From Clostridia bacterium (GTDB lineage Bacteria > Bacillota > Clostridia > Christensenellales > UBA1242): DNA of 64,000 nucleotides. The notes below the pieces were generated by a model. It was not told the DNA's origin. It made no database searches and saw nothing but the letters and a program-made list of their open reading frames with translations. A program made the position numbers and the translations under genes. This document shows positions 30,426 to 40,300 of this stretch, one piece after another. The stretch lies in assembly GCA_900753315.1 (NCBI GenBank), contig CAADYP010000016.1, forward strand, positions 2,436 through 66,435. Reading direction: 5' to 3'. How positions within the stretch are numbered: position 1 is the stretch's first letter; every line of letters starts with the position of its first letter.

Positions 30426-31706
30426 CTAGCAATTTGGGCAAGAGGGTTGTTCTTCCTTAACAATTTCCAAGTTGTTATACTTTTTCAAGAAAGCGTGAAG
30501 TTTGTCAAGCAAGAGTTCGTTTTCTTTTCTTACCAAATCGTGGCTGTCTTTTGTCTTCATATCTTTTGTTGCATCTTCCAATTCTTTTGCAGATACTTCA
30601 ATTTTGTTTTCTTCCAAAAGTTTTCTGTAAATGTAACGAGTCTTAATCATCTTCAAAGTTCTTTCGTTTGCATTTTTAAGATATTCTTCCAAAGAAGAAC
30701 CCGTTTGTTTGAGATAGTCTTCCAAAGTAACATTGTATGCTGCAAGAGCATCTTTCATTCTGTTCATGTCTTCGTTAACAGCATTGTCGACCATAACTTG
30801 TGGAATTTCTACATTTGTGTTTGCAAGCAAATACTCACGCATATTGTATTCAAATTCGTTTTCCATTTGCTTGTCTTTCATATCTTGAATATGAGCAGTC
30901 AAATCCTTTTTATACTCTTCAACAGTTTCAAATTCTGTCGTATCAGCAACAAATTTGTCATTAAATTCTGGCAAAGTTTTTTCTCTAACATCTTTAACCA
31001 CAACTTTAAACAAAGCCTTTTTACCCTTGAATTCTTCTGCTTGATAGTTTTCTGGGAATGTTACATTGACATCAACATTGTCACCCTTCTTATGTCCAAC
31101 AAGCTGGTCTTCAAAAGTGTCAATAAAACTGTGAGAACCGATTTCAAGAGGATAATCTTGTGCTGCACCACCATCAAATGGAACATCATCAATATAGCCA
31201 GTAAAGTCAATCACTGCACTGTCACCATTTTTGATTTCTCTGTCAACAGTTTCAAATTTTGCGTTATCTTCAAGCAAATGGTGAATTTGATGTTCGATAT
31301 CATGGTCAGTAACTTCATTGCTGTGAACCTTGATTGTTACTCCTTTGTATTCGCAAAGCTTGAAATCAGGAACAATTTCAAACATAATCTTCATTTTGAG
31401 ACCATTTTCAACAGTAAAGCTTTCAAATTGTGTGCTTGGCATTGTAACAGGTTCAAGTTCTGGATTTTTTACAAGAACTTCGTTCAATGTCTTGTTAACA
31501 AAATATTCTACAGTGTCTTCAAAAAACACACTGTCACCATATTGTTGTTCAATAACTCTTCTTGGAGCATGACCTTTTCTAAAACCAACTACATTAAATT
31601 TTGATTTAGAAGTTTCGTAAACCTTCTCTACTCCTTCTTCCCATTCTTTGTTGTCAACAGTAAGGGAAATTTCTACTTTTGTATTTTCTTTCTTTAAACT
31701 AAACAT
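30426..31706 (-). CDS. tig: trigger factor
   Basis: 'VGFRKGHAPRRVIEQQYG' and an FKBP-type middle domain. The start is set at 'MFSLKKEN' after SD 'aacggagg'. Confidence 0.9.
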   Translation of the reverse strand: MFSLKKENTKVEISLTVDNKEWEEGVEKVYETSKSKFNVVGFRKGHAPRRVIEQQYGDSVFFEDTVEYFVNKTLNEVLVKNPELEPVTMPSTQFESFTVENGLKMKIMFEIVPDFKLCEYKGVTIKVHSNEVTDHDIEHQIHHLLEDNAKFETVDREIKNGDSAVIDFTGYIDDVPFDGGAAQDYPLEIGSHSFIDTFEDQLVGHKKGDNVDVNVTFPENYQAEEFKGKKALFKVVVKDVREKTLPEFNDKFVADTTEFETVEEYKKDLTAHIQDMKDKQMENEFEYNMREYLLANTNVEIPQVMVDNAVNEDMNRMKDALAAYNVTLEDYLKQTGSSLEEYLKNANERTLKMIKTRYIYRKLLEENKIEVSAKELEDATKDMKTKDSHDLVRKENELLLDKLHAFLKKYNNLEIVKEEQPSCPNC

Positions 31707-31946
31707 TTGTATACCTCCGTTGTTTAACCTACAAGAGTTTAACATACCAAATAAAAAAAAGCAACAAATATTGACACCAATTCAACAATTTTTTGTCGAA
31801 ATTTGTCTATCAAAATTAAACATGAGTTGAAAAAGTTTTACCCCCATATATTGTGAGAGTTATGCATAATATGTGCAATATGTTGATTTGATGCAAATTT
31901 TAAAAAGATTTTGCGAATAAATTTTTGAAAAAATAGCCACATTCTT

Positions 31947-31974
31947 TTGACAAAAAATCGAAGTTTGTTATAAT
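31947..31974 (+). promoter_or_regulatory. candidate promoter giving a leaderless recombinase mRNA
   Basis: TTGACA (31947-31952), a 16-nt spacer, then TATAAT (31969-31974). The ATG at 31981 is 6 nt downstream and there is no SD. Confidence 0.45.
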
Positions 31975-31980
31975 AAAAGC

Positions 31981-33021
31981 ATGAAAAAAATGTCTTATTA
32001 TGAAAAACGAGATTTAAAAAATATGCAAAAGATAGGAAGTTATCTTTCTACACTTCCCGAATATTGCTATGATTTTTTCACAGGGATTGAAAACAACACT
32101 TCCACCCTTACTCGAGTAAACTATGCCATGGATTTGTCCGTATTTTTCGACTATCTTGAAAAGTATGTTTCCAAAAAGCCAAAACAAAGCATAACCTTAC
32201 AAGATTTGGAGGCACTCCAATCAAGAAATATCGAAAATTATTTGTCATATCTGTCATATTATCAAAATGACGATAAAATGTGCAAAAATTCAGAAAGAGG
32301 AAAAGCACGAAAACTTGCCAGCGTCCGCAGTTTTTTCAAATATCTTTTCAATCATGACATGATTTCATCAAATGTCGCAAGCAAAGTGCCTACACCAAAA
32401 CTTCACAACAAAGAAATTATAAGGCTAGAAAAAGATGAAGTAGAGCGCATGCTTGATGCCGTTCACAGCCCAGCAACCTTCTCCGCAAGGCAAAAAACAT
32501 ACAACAAAAACACAGAGGTTCGTGATAATGCCATAGTAACCTTATTTTTGGGCACTGGCATAAGAATTTCCGAACTTGTAGGGCTGAATGTAGAAGATTT
32601 TGACTTCTCACAAAATGCATTCAAAGTCACAAGAAAAGGTGGGAATCAAACCATTCTATACTTCTCAAGAGAAGTTGCAGACGCACTTAAAGCATGGCTT
32701 CAAAAAAGAGAGACTTTGGGACTTGACGAAAATGAAAATGCAATGTTTGTATCCCTTCAAAACAAGAGAATATGCGTAAGAGCAGTAGAGAATTTGGTTA
32801 AAAAGTTTGCAAAAGAAAGCACTCCACTCAAAAAAATATCTCCACACAAATTGCGTTCAACTTTTGGCACAAATTTGTATAGAGAAACAAAAGACATTTA
32901 CATTGTTGCCGATGTTTTGGGACACAAAGATGTAAACACAACAAAAAAACATTACGCCGCAATAAACGAAGACATGAGAAAGTCTGTAGCAAATGTTATA
33001 AAAATTCATAACGACAATTAA
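31981..33021 (+). CDS. Xer-like site-specific tyrosine recombinase
   Basis: C-terminal catalytic residues 'GIRISELVGL', 'HKLRSTFGTNLY' and 'LGHKDVNTTKKHY'. 'FKVTRKGGNQ' takes the place of the XerC/D GKGxK turn. It has a SAM-like N-terminal domain. Confidence 0.8.
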   Translation: MKKMSYYEKRDLKNMQKIGSYLSTLPEYCYDFFTGIENNTSTLTRVNYAMDLSVFFDYLEKYVSKKPKQSITLQDLEALQSRNIENYLSYLSYYQNDDKMCKNSERGKARKLASVRSFFKYLFNHDMISSNVASKVPTPKLHNKEIIRLEKDEVERMLDAVHSPATFSARQKTYNKNTEVRDNAIVTLFLGTGIRISELVGLNVEDFDFSQNAFKVTRKGGNQTILYFSREVADALKAWLQKRETLGLDENENAMFVSLQNKRICVRAVENLVKKFAKESTPLKKISPHKLRSTFGTNLYRETKDIYIVADVLGHKDVNTTKKHYAAINEDMRKSVANVIKIHNDN

Positions 33022-33038
33022 GAGATATTTTTAAAAAA

Positions 33039-33100
33039 CACAATATATAGTGGTATTACTCAATTTTATATTGACATAACACCACTATATTTATTTTTTT
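33039..33100 (+). terminator. hairpin plus T-run after the recombinase gene, built on a repeat-family sequence
   Basis: cacaatatatag (33039-33050); 10-bp perfect arms atatagtggt / accactatat (33081-33090); then ttattttttt. Confidence 0.5.
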
Positions 33101-33177
33101 GCCACCAATTGGATTTTGAAAGATTTGTAAACACAAAGGGGTTTTAAGCAAAGAAGCTACTCAATCAAGTATATGTT

Positions 33178-34356
33178 TTATACCATCCAATCGCTGTAAA
33201 CTCCATACCCTTTTGTCGGGTCAGACAAAAAGACATGCGTTACCGCTCCAACAATTTTTCCATCTTGCATAATTGGAGAACCACTCATTCCTTGCACAAT
33301 TCCACCCGTCATTTTAAGCAGACGTTTGTCTTTCACTCTAAAAATCAAACTTTTGTCATCTGCAGACTTTTGATAGTTTGCTTTTATTATCTCAATGTCA
33401 TATTCTTCTCTAATTCCGCTTATTGTTGACACCAACTTTGCCTTTCCCATTTTTACGCCAAGTCTTCCACCCAATTTGGCAGTAACATTCTCGTCAACAA
33501 GTCCATTCAAATCATCCAAAACACCATTAATTCCAAACTTATAATTTTTCTCTATAGTTCCTTTGCTTTTTGAATTTGAAACAAATATGCATCGAAGTTC
33601 GCCAGGATTGTTTTTCTTTCCTTTATTCACTCCCAACAAATCACACTCATAAACTTTTCCATTTGCCACTGGCACAACATTTCCACCATTTGCCTCAACT
33701 ATTGGATGGCCAAGTGCTCCATAACTATGAGTCTTTTTGTTCACAAATGTCAGTGTTCCAACACCAGTTATATCATCTTTTACCCAAAGACCAAGTCGAA
33801 TTTCTCCACTTTCATCTCTTTTGGTTTTCAAAAGTGCTTTAAACTCTCGATTTTTTCGTATAAACTTTACTTCTACTTCTTCGCCACTCTCTTGAAGAAG
33901 ATTTTGAACCTGCTCCAAACTTTCTACATCTTTTCCGTCAATTTGAGTGATAATATCTCCCTCTTTCAAAACAGTCTTTTCTTTGTTCATGTCATTAAGC
34001 ACAACAGCACCGTCAGTACAAATCGAAAGTCCAATTGGCACCCCACCAACATAATACTCGTCATCATTCGCAAGTTTTACATCAACCTTCTTTATTGGCA
34101 AAAAACCAAAAAGTTTGAAGACCACTTCCCCCTGCTTCAACTTCTGTCCGCCAACTATTTTTTCATGCTCTTTAAGTTCGGTTTTGATATAATCCCCAAA
34201 AATCTTGTTTTCATTTGCCTTTTCAACATCTTCATAATCCGCAACAAACCCACCATCAAGTTGAAAAACCACTTGCAAATTTGAATAAAGTGAACAACAA
34301 AAAAAGACTAAAACAAATATAGAGAAAAACAAAACGGCATATTTCTTCTTTTTCAT
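33178..34356 (-). CDS. spoIVB: SpoIVB peptidase (S55)
   Basis: N-terminal TM segment, PDZ-like region and the serine protease motif 'GGIVQGMSGSPIMQDGKIVGAVTHVF'. Confidence 0.85.
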   Translation of the reverse strand: MKKKKYAVLFFSIFVLVFFCCSLYSNLQVVFQLDGGFVADYEDVEKANENKIFGDYIKTELKEHEKIVGGQKLKQGEVVFKLFGFLPIKKVDVKLANDDEYYVGGVPIGLSICTDGAVVLNDMNKEKTVLKEGDIITQIDGKDVESLEQVQNLLQESGEEVEVKFIRKNREFKALLKTKRDESGEIRLGLWVKDDITGVGTLTFVNKKTHSYGALGHPIVEANGGNVVPVANGKVYECDLLGVNKGKKNNPGELRCIFVSNSKSKGTIEKNYKFGINGVLDDLNGLVDENVTAKLGGRLGVKMGKAKLVSTISGIREEYDIEIIKANYQKSADDKSLIFRVKDKRLLKMTGGIVQGMSGSPIMQDGKIVGAVTHVFLSDPTKGYGVYSDWMV

Positions 34357-34398
34357 ATCAGTTTTAGTCTTTGTAGATAAACAAGAATTATTCTTGAA

Positions 34399-35028
34399 TC
34401 ATATTGATTTTTTAAGCACAAAAGCGTATTTTGAAAGTTCTTTTTTCAGTTTTTTATAATCAGGGCAAATCTTTTGCACATCACTCCAAAATTGCGGTTT
34501 GTGATTCATATGCACACTGTGACACAATTCGTGGCAAATAACATATTCTATCAATTCTTCTGGCAAAATAATCAGTTTATAACTCAACTTCATCTGTCTT
34601 TTTGTGTTATAGCTTCCCCAAATTCTCACAGAATCTGCTGGTTTGATTTCATTGTAAGTAAGCCCTGTCTTCCTCGATAATTCTTCAGCCTTTCCCTCGA
34701 TTTCCCAAAACAATGAAAGATAATACTTCTTGATTTCTCTTGCTTTTGCAGATTTTGTCAAATTTTCAAAACCAATTTCAATGTCTTTTGTTGGCATAAC
34801 CGGTTTCCCATTTATATAAATCGTCTTTTCTAAATCAAAATTTTGTGAAAAATCTTCATTCAGTTTTATTTTGTTCGCTGTTTTTGCCAACCACTTTTCT
34901 TTGCTTTTAATAAAAGAGTCAATCTTTTGTTCACTCATAGAAAGCGGAACTTTCAAGATTGCTTTGTCACTCTCAACTATTTTCAAAACCATTGTTTTTC
35001 TGCGTTGTCTAATAATTTCAATTTTCAT
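34399..35028 (-). CDS. M48/DUF45 (YgjP-like) metal-dependent hydrolase
   Basis: 'HELCHSVHMNH...FW' zinc-binding motif in a ~210-aa protein. Confidence 0.75.
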   Translation of the reverse strand: MKIEIIRQRRKTMVLKIVESDKAILKVPLSMSEQKIDSFIKSKEKWLAKTANKIKLNEDFSQNFDLEKTIYINGKPVMPTKDIEIGFENLTKSAKAREIKKYYLSLFWEIEGKAEELSRKTGLTYNEIKPADSVRIWGSYNTKRQMKLSYKLIILPEELIEYVICHELCHSVHMNHKPQFWSDVQKICPDYKKLKKELSKYAFVLKKSI

Positions 35029-35100
35029 TTTTATATGATAACACTTTACTGCAAAAAAATCAAAAGATTTACAGACTTATCAAATAAGCCTCAATTTTTG

Positions 35101-35220
35101 GCATAATACCACAACATATAGTATTTTATATTGCATAACACCCTTTTATATTGTTATAGTATGCATAATAAAAAAGTTTGCATAATACTGCAAAATTGTT
35201 TGACAAACTATTGCATAATA
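35101..35220. repeat. cluster of four GCATAATA(C) repeat-family cores upstream of the PadR-like gene
   Basis: gcataatac at 35101-35109 (followed by cacaacatatag), gcataata at 35163-35170, gcataatac at 35180-35188, and gcataata at 35213-35220. The last lies inside the promoter spacer. Confidence 0.6.
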
Positions 35221-35228
35221 GCTATAAT
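35200..35228 (+). promoter_or_regulatory. candidate promoter of the PadR-like gene
   Basis: TTGACA (35200-35205), a 17-nt spacer, then TATAAT (35223-35228). SD 'taggag' precedes the ATG at 35252. Confidence 0.5.
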
Positions 35229-35251
35229 TTTAAATATAGGAGAATTGTAAT

Positions 35252-37144
35252 ATGGCATTTAATTCAAATGGTCAAATACAATATTTAGTTTTAGATAGCC
35301 TTGCACATGGCTCAAAATATGGCTTGGAAATCATTGAGTTTATTTCTCAAAAAACTGGCGGAAATTATATCATGAAAAAGCCTACCCTTTATTCTTGCCT
35401 CACTAGAATGGAAAAGAAAGGTTTAGTTTCGTCTTCATATTGGGGAGAAAGTGAATTTGGTGGCAAAAGACATTATTACACCATCACAAATCAAGGAAAA
35501 CAATCATTAGAACAACTTTCAAAAGAATTTGAAGGCATGGATTTTATTGACGAAGATGCTACACAAGAAACACCAACATCTCAAACAGTAAACACAGAAG
35601 CAGCAAACACACAAACTGAAGAATCAAAGCCAATTTTCTTGCAACAAGACAACCTTTTTGACATAGTCAACAAGTCTTCAACCGAAGAAAAAACAAAAGC
35701 ACCTGTTAACAACGATAATAACGAAGAAGATGATGATGTTATCAAAAATCAAATAGATTTCTTCTCATACACCCCAGAGACAAATCAAAATACAGTCAAA
35801 GAAGAAACTGATACAAATGCTATTGAAACTAAAGAAATAAACACTGATGCAGTCGAAGTAAAAAACGATGCCAAGTTCATTGAACATGAAACATCTTCAA
35901 ACATTGATGAAAATGCAAATCACTATGAAAAAATGCAATATTATCAATCAATGCTAGAAAGCACTCAAACCCAACCACAGGTTGAAGAGAAAGAGAAGAA
36001 AGATGATGCTATTTTGTTTGAACAAACAGAACAAACACTCACCCCATATCAACAAGCACAAAACAAGCGTCTTTACGACACTTCAACAGAATTGAAAAAG
36101 TATAGAAACAAAAAATCTTTTTCGGAAAACCAAATCGAAATGTCTGTTGTTTATGAAAATGATGAAGACAGAGAAATCCAAAAGGCAAGAATTGAACAAC
36201 TTAAAAAATCTATGCTTGAAGCACGCCAAAATGGTTTTGAAACGCCCGTTTCTCAAAATACTGAAGACTTGACAGCAAATCAAGAAGATACAACTTCACA
36301 AACCGAACAGACTTATTTTTACAAGAAAGACACTTCTTCAACACCTGCTCAAAATAGTGTTCTGACAGATACAAACGAAGAAGAAAGAAAAGATGATGCA
36401 AAATTTATTACAGAACCACATCTTGACCCAAATCAAATGCCAATTCAAAAACGCATCACCCCACCAAACATAGAAGTAAACATTTATGATGACAATTTGC
36501 CGGCACCAAAACGCGACAGCAACCTAGAACCAACATACAAAGATATGATGGCAAAGTTGTTTGAACGCAAGAAAGAAAAGACAAAAGATCAACAACCTAC
36601 ACCTTTTGTTCAGCCTGTCGAAACAACAGCAAGCATTGAGAATTTCGCAGATTATGATTCATTGAAAAAATATTATCGTGGACATGGAATTGATTTCAAA
36701 GAATACAAAAAGACTGTTGTTGAAAGAAAACATAACACAAATTTCTTGAATTTTATTACATCAACAATATTACTCCTTCTTTCAGGTGTTGGTTGTGGGA
36801 TTTTGTTTGCAATCTTAAATGCGGCAAATCTTATCAAGTCTGGCTCCGCATTTATGTATTACACACTTCCAATTTTGTTTTTGGTATATTGCATTTATAC
36901 ATTTATAAAATACAAAGTTTACCCAAGCAGAAAAGCCGTTCTGATTTACAATGGTATTATAAATTGGGGAGTTTTTGTGATTTCGCTTGTTGTAGTTTTT
37001 GTAATAAACATTTTGTGTGGTATGCAATATGAAACCATCACCCAATATCTTACATCAATCCTTGTCCCTGCACTTGGCTTGCTGATTGCATTCCCTGTAA
37101 ACTATTACATCAAAAAGTTTTCATATAAAAAATTTTCAAAATAA
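35252..37144 (+). CDS. PadR-family winged-helix regulator fused to a long low-complexity linker and a C-terminal multi-pass membrane domain
   Basis: The N-terminus 'YLVLDSLAHGSKYGLEIIEFISQ...PTLYSCLTRMEKKGLV...GKRHYYTITNQG' is PadR-like. About 400 aa of Q/E/T/N-rich sequence follow. The last ~125 aa contain about four hydrophobic helices. Confidence 0.65.
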   Translation: MAFNSNGQIQYLVLDSLAHGSKYGLEIIEFISQKTGGNYIMKKPTLYSCLTRMEKKGLVSSSYWGESEFGGKRHYYTITNQGKQSLEQLSKEFEGMDFIDEDATQETPTSQTVNTEAANTQTEESKPIFLQQDNLFDIVNKSSTEEKTKAPVNNDNNEEDDDVIKNQIDFFSYTPETNQNTVKEETDTNAIETKEINTDAVEVKNDAKFIEHETSSNIDENANHYEKMQYYQSMLESTQTQPQVEEKEKKDDAILFEQTEQTLTPYQQAQNKRLYDTSTELKKYRNKKSFSENQIEMSVVYENDEDREIQKARIEQLKKSMLEARQNGFETPVSQNTEDLTANQEDTTSQTEQTYFYKKDTSSTPAQNSVLTDTNEEERKDDAKFITEPHLDPNQMPIQKRITPPNIEVNIYDDNLPAPKRDSNLEPTYKDMMAKLFERKKEKTKDQQPTPFVQPVETTASIENFADYDSLKKYYRGHGIDFKEYKKTVVERKHNTNFLNFITSTILLLLSGVGCGILFAILNAANLIKSGSAFMYYTLPILFLVYCIYTFIKYKVYPSRKAVLIYNGIINWGVFVISLVVVFVINILCGMQYETITQYLTSILVPALGLLIAFPVNYYIKKFSYKKFSK

Positions 37145-37305
37145 TATGCATAAAACAGAGAAATAAACATAACATAGAAATAGGTTAAGACTTCAAGTCA
37201 GAAATCTTAACTAAAAACGAAAAGAGATATTTTAGTTCGTGCAGAACAAAACAATCATCTCTTTTCTTTTTTATTCAATAACAATTACCTCAACATTACA
37301 ACAAC

Positions 37306-37336
37306 AAAAAAAGAAGAGATTACTCTTCTTTTTTAT
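37306..37336. terminator. bidirectional terminator between the PadR-like gene and the surface-protein gene
   Basis: Stem aagaagag / ctcttctt, flanked by an A-run and a T-run. Confidence 0.6.
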
Positions 37337-37343
37337 TATTTTC

Positions 37344-40300
37344 TTAAACTCTTGAGCCTTCACTCATGCAAAGTGAAAATCTTACACCATAAAAATTTGA
37401 AAGCCAAGCAGATTTTAAAACTCCAGCATTTGTAACAGCTTTTGCATTTTGCAAACTACCACCAAGTTCTCTTGTCCAATAATCACAATAGCTATCTTCA
37501 TCAAGACCAAGCAAGAACGCTACCAAATCACTTGCTTTTGCTTTCAAAGATGTCAAATGTTCTTTAATTTCACTTTCAGTTGCAACATTTATATTTGAAA
37601 TTGACTTTCTCTCTTCTTTTACTTTGTTTTGTTGTCCAGTCTCTCCATAATAATAGAAAGTTTCATTTGATGTCGCAACATATTGTGGTTTATCTGCAGT
37701 TAAAGTTTGCCCATTTTTTGTATAGATATTAGAAACGTAATTATACATTTCGCTTGATGTATATTTCCAAGATTCTTTTGTCGCTTCAGTAGTTATAGCA
37801 CCAACCCACAAAACTCTGTCACTAACAACTTTAAAGTTTGTTATAATACTGCCTTTTGTCCATGTGCTTGGATAAGCAGTGCTAGAAACATCATACTCAC
37901 TAACTCTCCACCTAATTGCTTCAACACTAAACCACTTTATAACGCCATTTTTGACAACCTTTGCATATTTCTTTGAGTTGTAAGTATAGATATCAACATT
38001 TTGTTTTGTTCCATTCGCATCTAAGTAATTTAATGTTTGATACTTTGAAAGGCTTGAACTGCTAGCATTTTTCAATGTTGTGTTTAATGTGTCTCCAACA
38101 TAACTTTGTGGGAAGTAGCCATCTTCAAAATAGAAATATTTTTCAGTGCTATCATATTTGAGTTGATTACTTGAAGGTGCTTTGCTTACAAATACGTAAA
38201 GATATGTAAATCGACTGCTAACCGAACCACTTGGGGTAAACGAAAGAGAATAAGATTTCACAGACATCGTGGTAGTTGGAAAAAATCTACTCGACGTATC
38301 GACCGAAGCAGATGTCTCAGGCTCCATTGTCTTTGTATAGCCAACAAATTGATACCCATCTTTGACAATATATGTAAATTTAAACGCCTTATCCACCAAT
38401 CCTCTAACACTAAAATAACAATCCGCATCTGAATTTTTTGTAATAGTCTTTTCTGTCGCAGTTCCGTTATCATTTTTCCAATATGAAGCACTATATGATT
38501 CTACCATTGCAAGTACCTGGGCTTTATCAAGTTTGTAAACCCCAGTACCATTAGCATCTGTATAAATTCTCATATATACATCAAAATCATTATCTACTTC
38601 CCAAATTGCATACAAGGTTATATCTTTCCCTTCAGTATATGTATATGAAGTATTTACCTTTGGATAGCTTCCAGACAAGCTTGTCTTACTAGTGCTCCAA
38701 TTAACAATTTTGTAGCCAGATTTTTTAAATTCAGTACTTGATTTTGTAGTGAAAGATCCATTTTTCGCAACTCTTTGAGAAAGTGTTGTTGATCCACTGT
38801 TTGTCGTTCCACCATTGCCATCATAAGTTATATAATAATATGTTGTAGTTGTTCCGCCACCTGGGTTTGGATTTGGATTTGGATTTGGATTAACAGTTCC
38901 ACCTCCACCACTGAAATTGTGATTATTCCAATTCAATCCAGGATACCCCTGTGGTGCTATCCCTATATTATCTTTATTTACATTATTGCCAAACCAGATA
39001 TCTGTAGCCGAATACACATTCCCATATGTAAAAAGATTTGTATAAAAATCATACCAATCCGAATTAAACCCTTCTGCAATAGAGCCAGCATTTTCCCACG
39101 CCACTCTCAATTCTTCTGATGTCATACCATTATAATTTTCTTCATCACTTCCATCACCATGAGAATGCTCATCAAGCCAAACACATTGTTCTATTAAAGA
39201 TGAACTAACTGCAAGCGGCTGGATATTAGAATCTGCCCCATTACTCCAATATGCAGGCATTGACAAACAACCTTTTATTTCTCCAGCATTTCCTGCAAGA
39301 CCACCTGCACTTGGAGTAGAACTACTATCACTGATAACTATTCTATCATATAATGAATAACAACTAGTTATAGTTGCTCCACCATCACCTACAATTCCTC
39401 CAACCAAACTAGTTTCATCACTAGTCTTTAAATACACTCCTGATGAGCTATAGCTATGCTCTATCCATCCACTGCTATAACCAAAAAGTCCACCAATTGT
39501 GCTATTAGCATAAATTTCATCAGACTGCATCCCCGATTCCATTGAAGGATCTCTGCGAATATATGATGAGCTATAACATCCAGCAGCATAATCGCATTCT
39601 CCAGCAAGCCCACCAATAATTGCATCGTAGTCAACATTAAAATAAATTCCAAAATCCGCACCAACTGTAGCAATATCACTATTTATATGTCCAGCAAGTC
39701 CACCTACATAAGCAGCATTATTTCCGAAAACTTCTTCAAGGGTGAATCCAAGTATTTCCAGAGTTTCTGGAATTGTCGCTGGGAATATTATACATCCACA
39801 AAATGTAACATTTACAATTTGTGTTGCATCGTTTAAAGTTGCAAAAAGACCAATTCCATTTTTATATAATTCATTGCCAATCGCATCATGAACATACTCT
39901 CTTGCGACATCGTACCCATGTCGATCATAAATATAACCTGGATCAAAAATTATATTAATTCCTGTAATACTATACCCTTGTCCGTCAATTCTTACCGTTC
40001 CATCACCACGACCAATTGGATTACACAAATAATTAGACAAATCAATGTCATTTTGAAGTATGATATTAGTATCTCCTCCACCATTACCAAAAAGAGCTCC
40101 CGCAAGCTGTTCAGAAGATGTTACTTCTCCATCATAGGGGTCAAGTGGAAAATCACCTTGTCTATCCCAAGTCGCACTTTCCCAAGATTGTTCAAGTTTT
40201 TGATATGCAGTAGATAACCAATCTTGATTTGCAAAATAATTGTCAAATTGCGCCGAGATATCTTTATCAATATTATCTAAATAGCGTGCAATAAAATATC

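Noticed and set aside
30366-31604. A 412-aa plus-strand ORF, the longest 'novel' ORF in the track.
   Set aside because: It lies entirely antisense to trigger factor. Its composition is F/I/N/K/C/V-rich, as expected from reading an AT-rich gene backwards. It has no SD and no recognisable motif.
35101-35228. Reading GCATAATAC as an extended -10 promoter element (TGnTATAAT-like).
   Set aside because: The spacing of TG relative to the A/T hexamer is off by one. Copies occur in both orientations and between convergent genes where no promoter is needed, and usually as inverted pairs.
38863-38891. A possible CRISPR or other spaced-repeat array (repeats checked across the whole window).
   Set aside because: The only tandem repeat is this 6-nt microsatellite inside a coding region. 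Nowhere in the window are there 25-40-nt direct repeats separated by unique spacers, including next to the two-HEPN gene.
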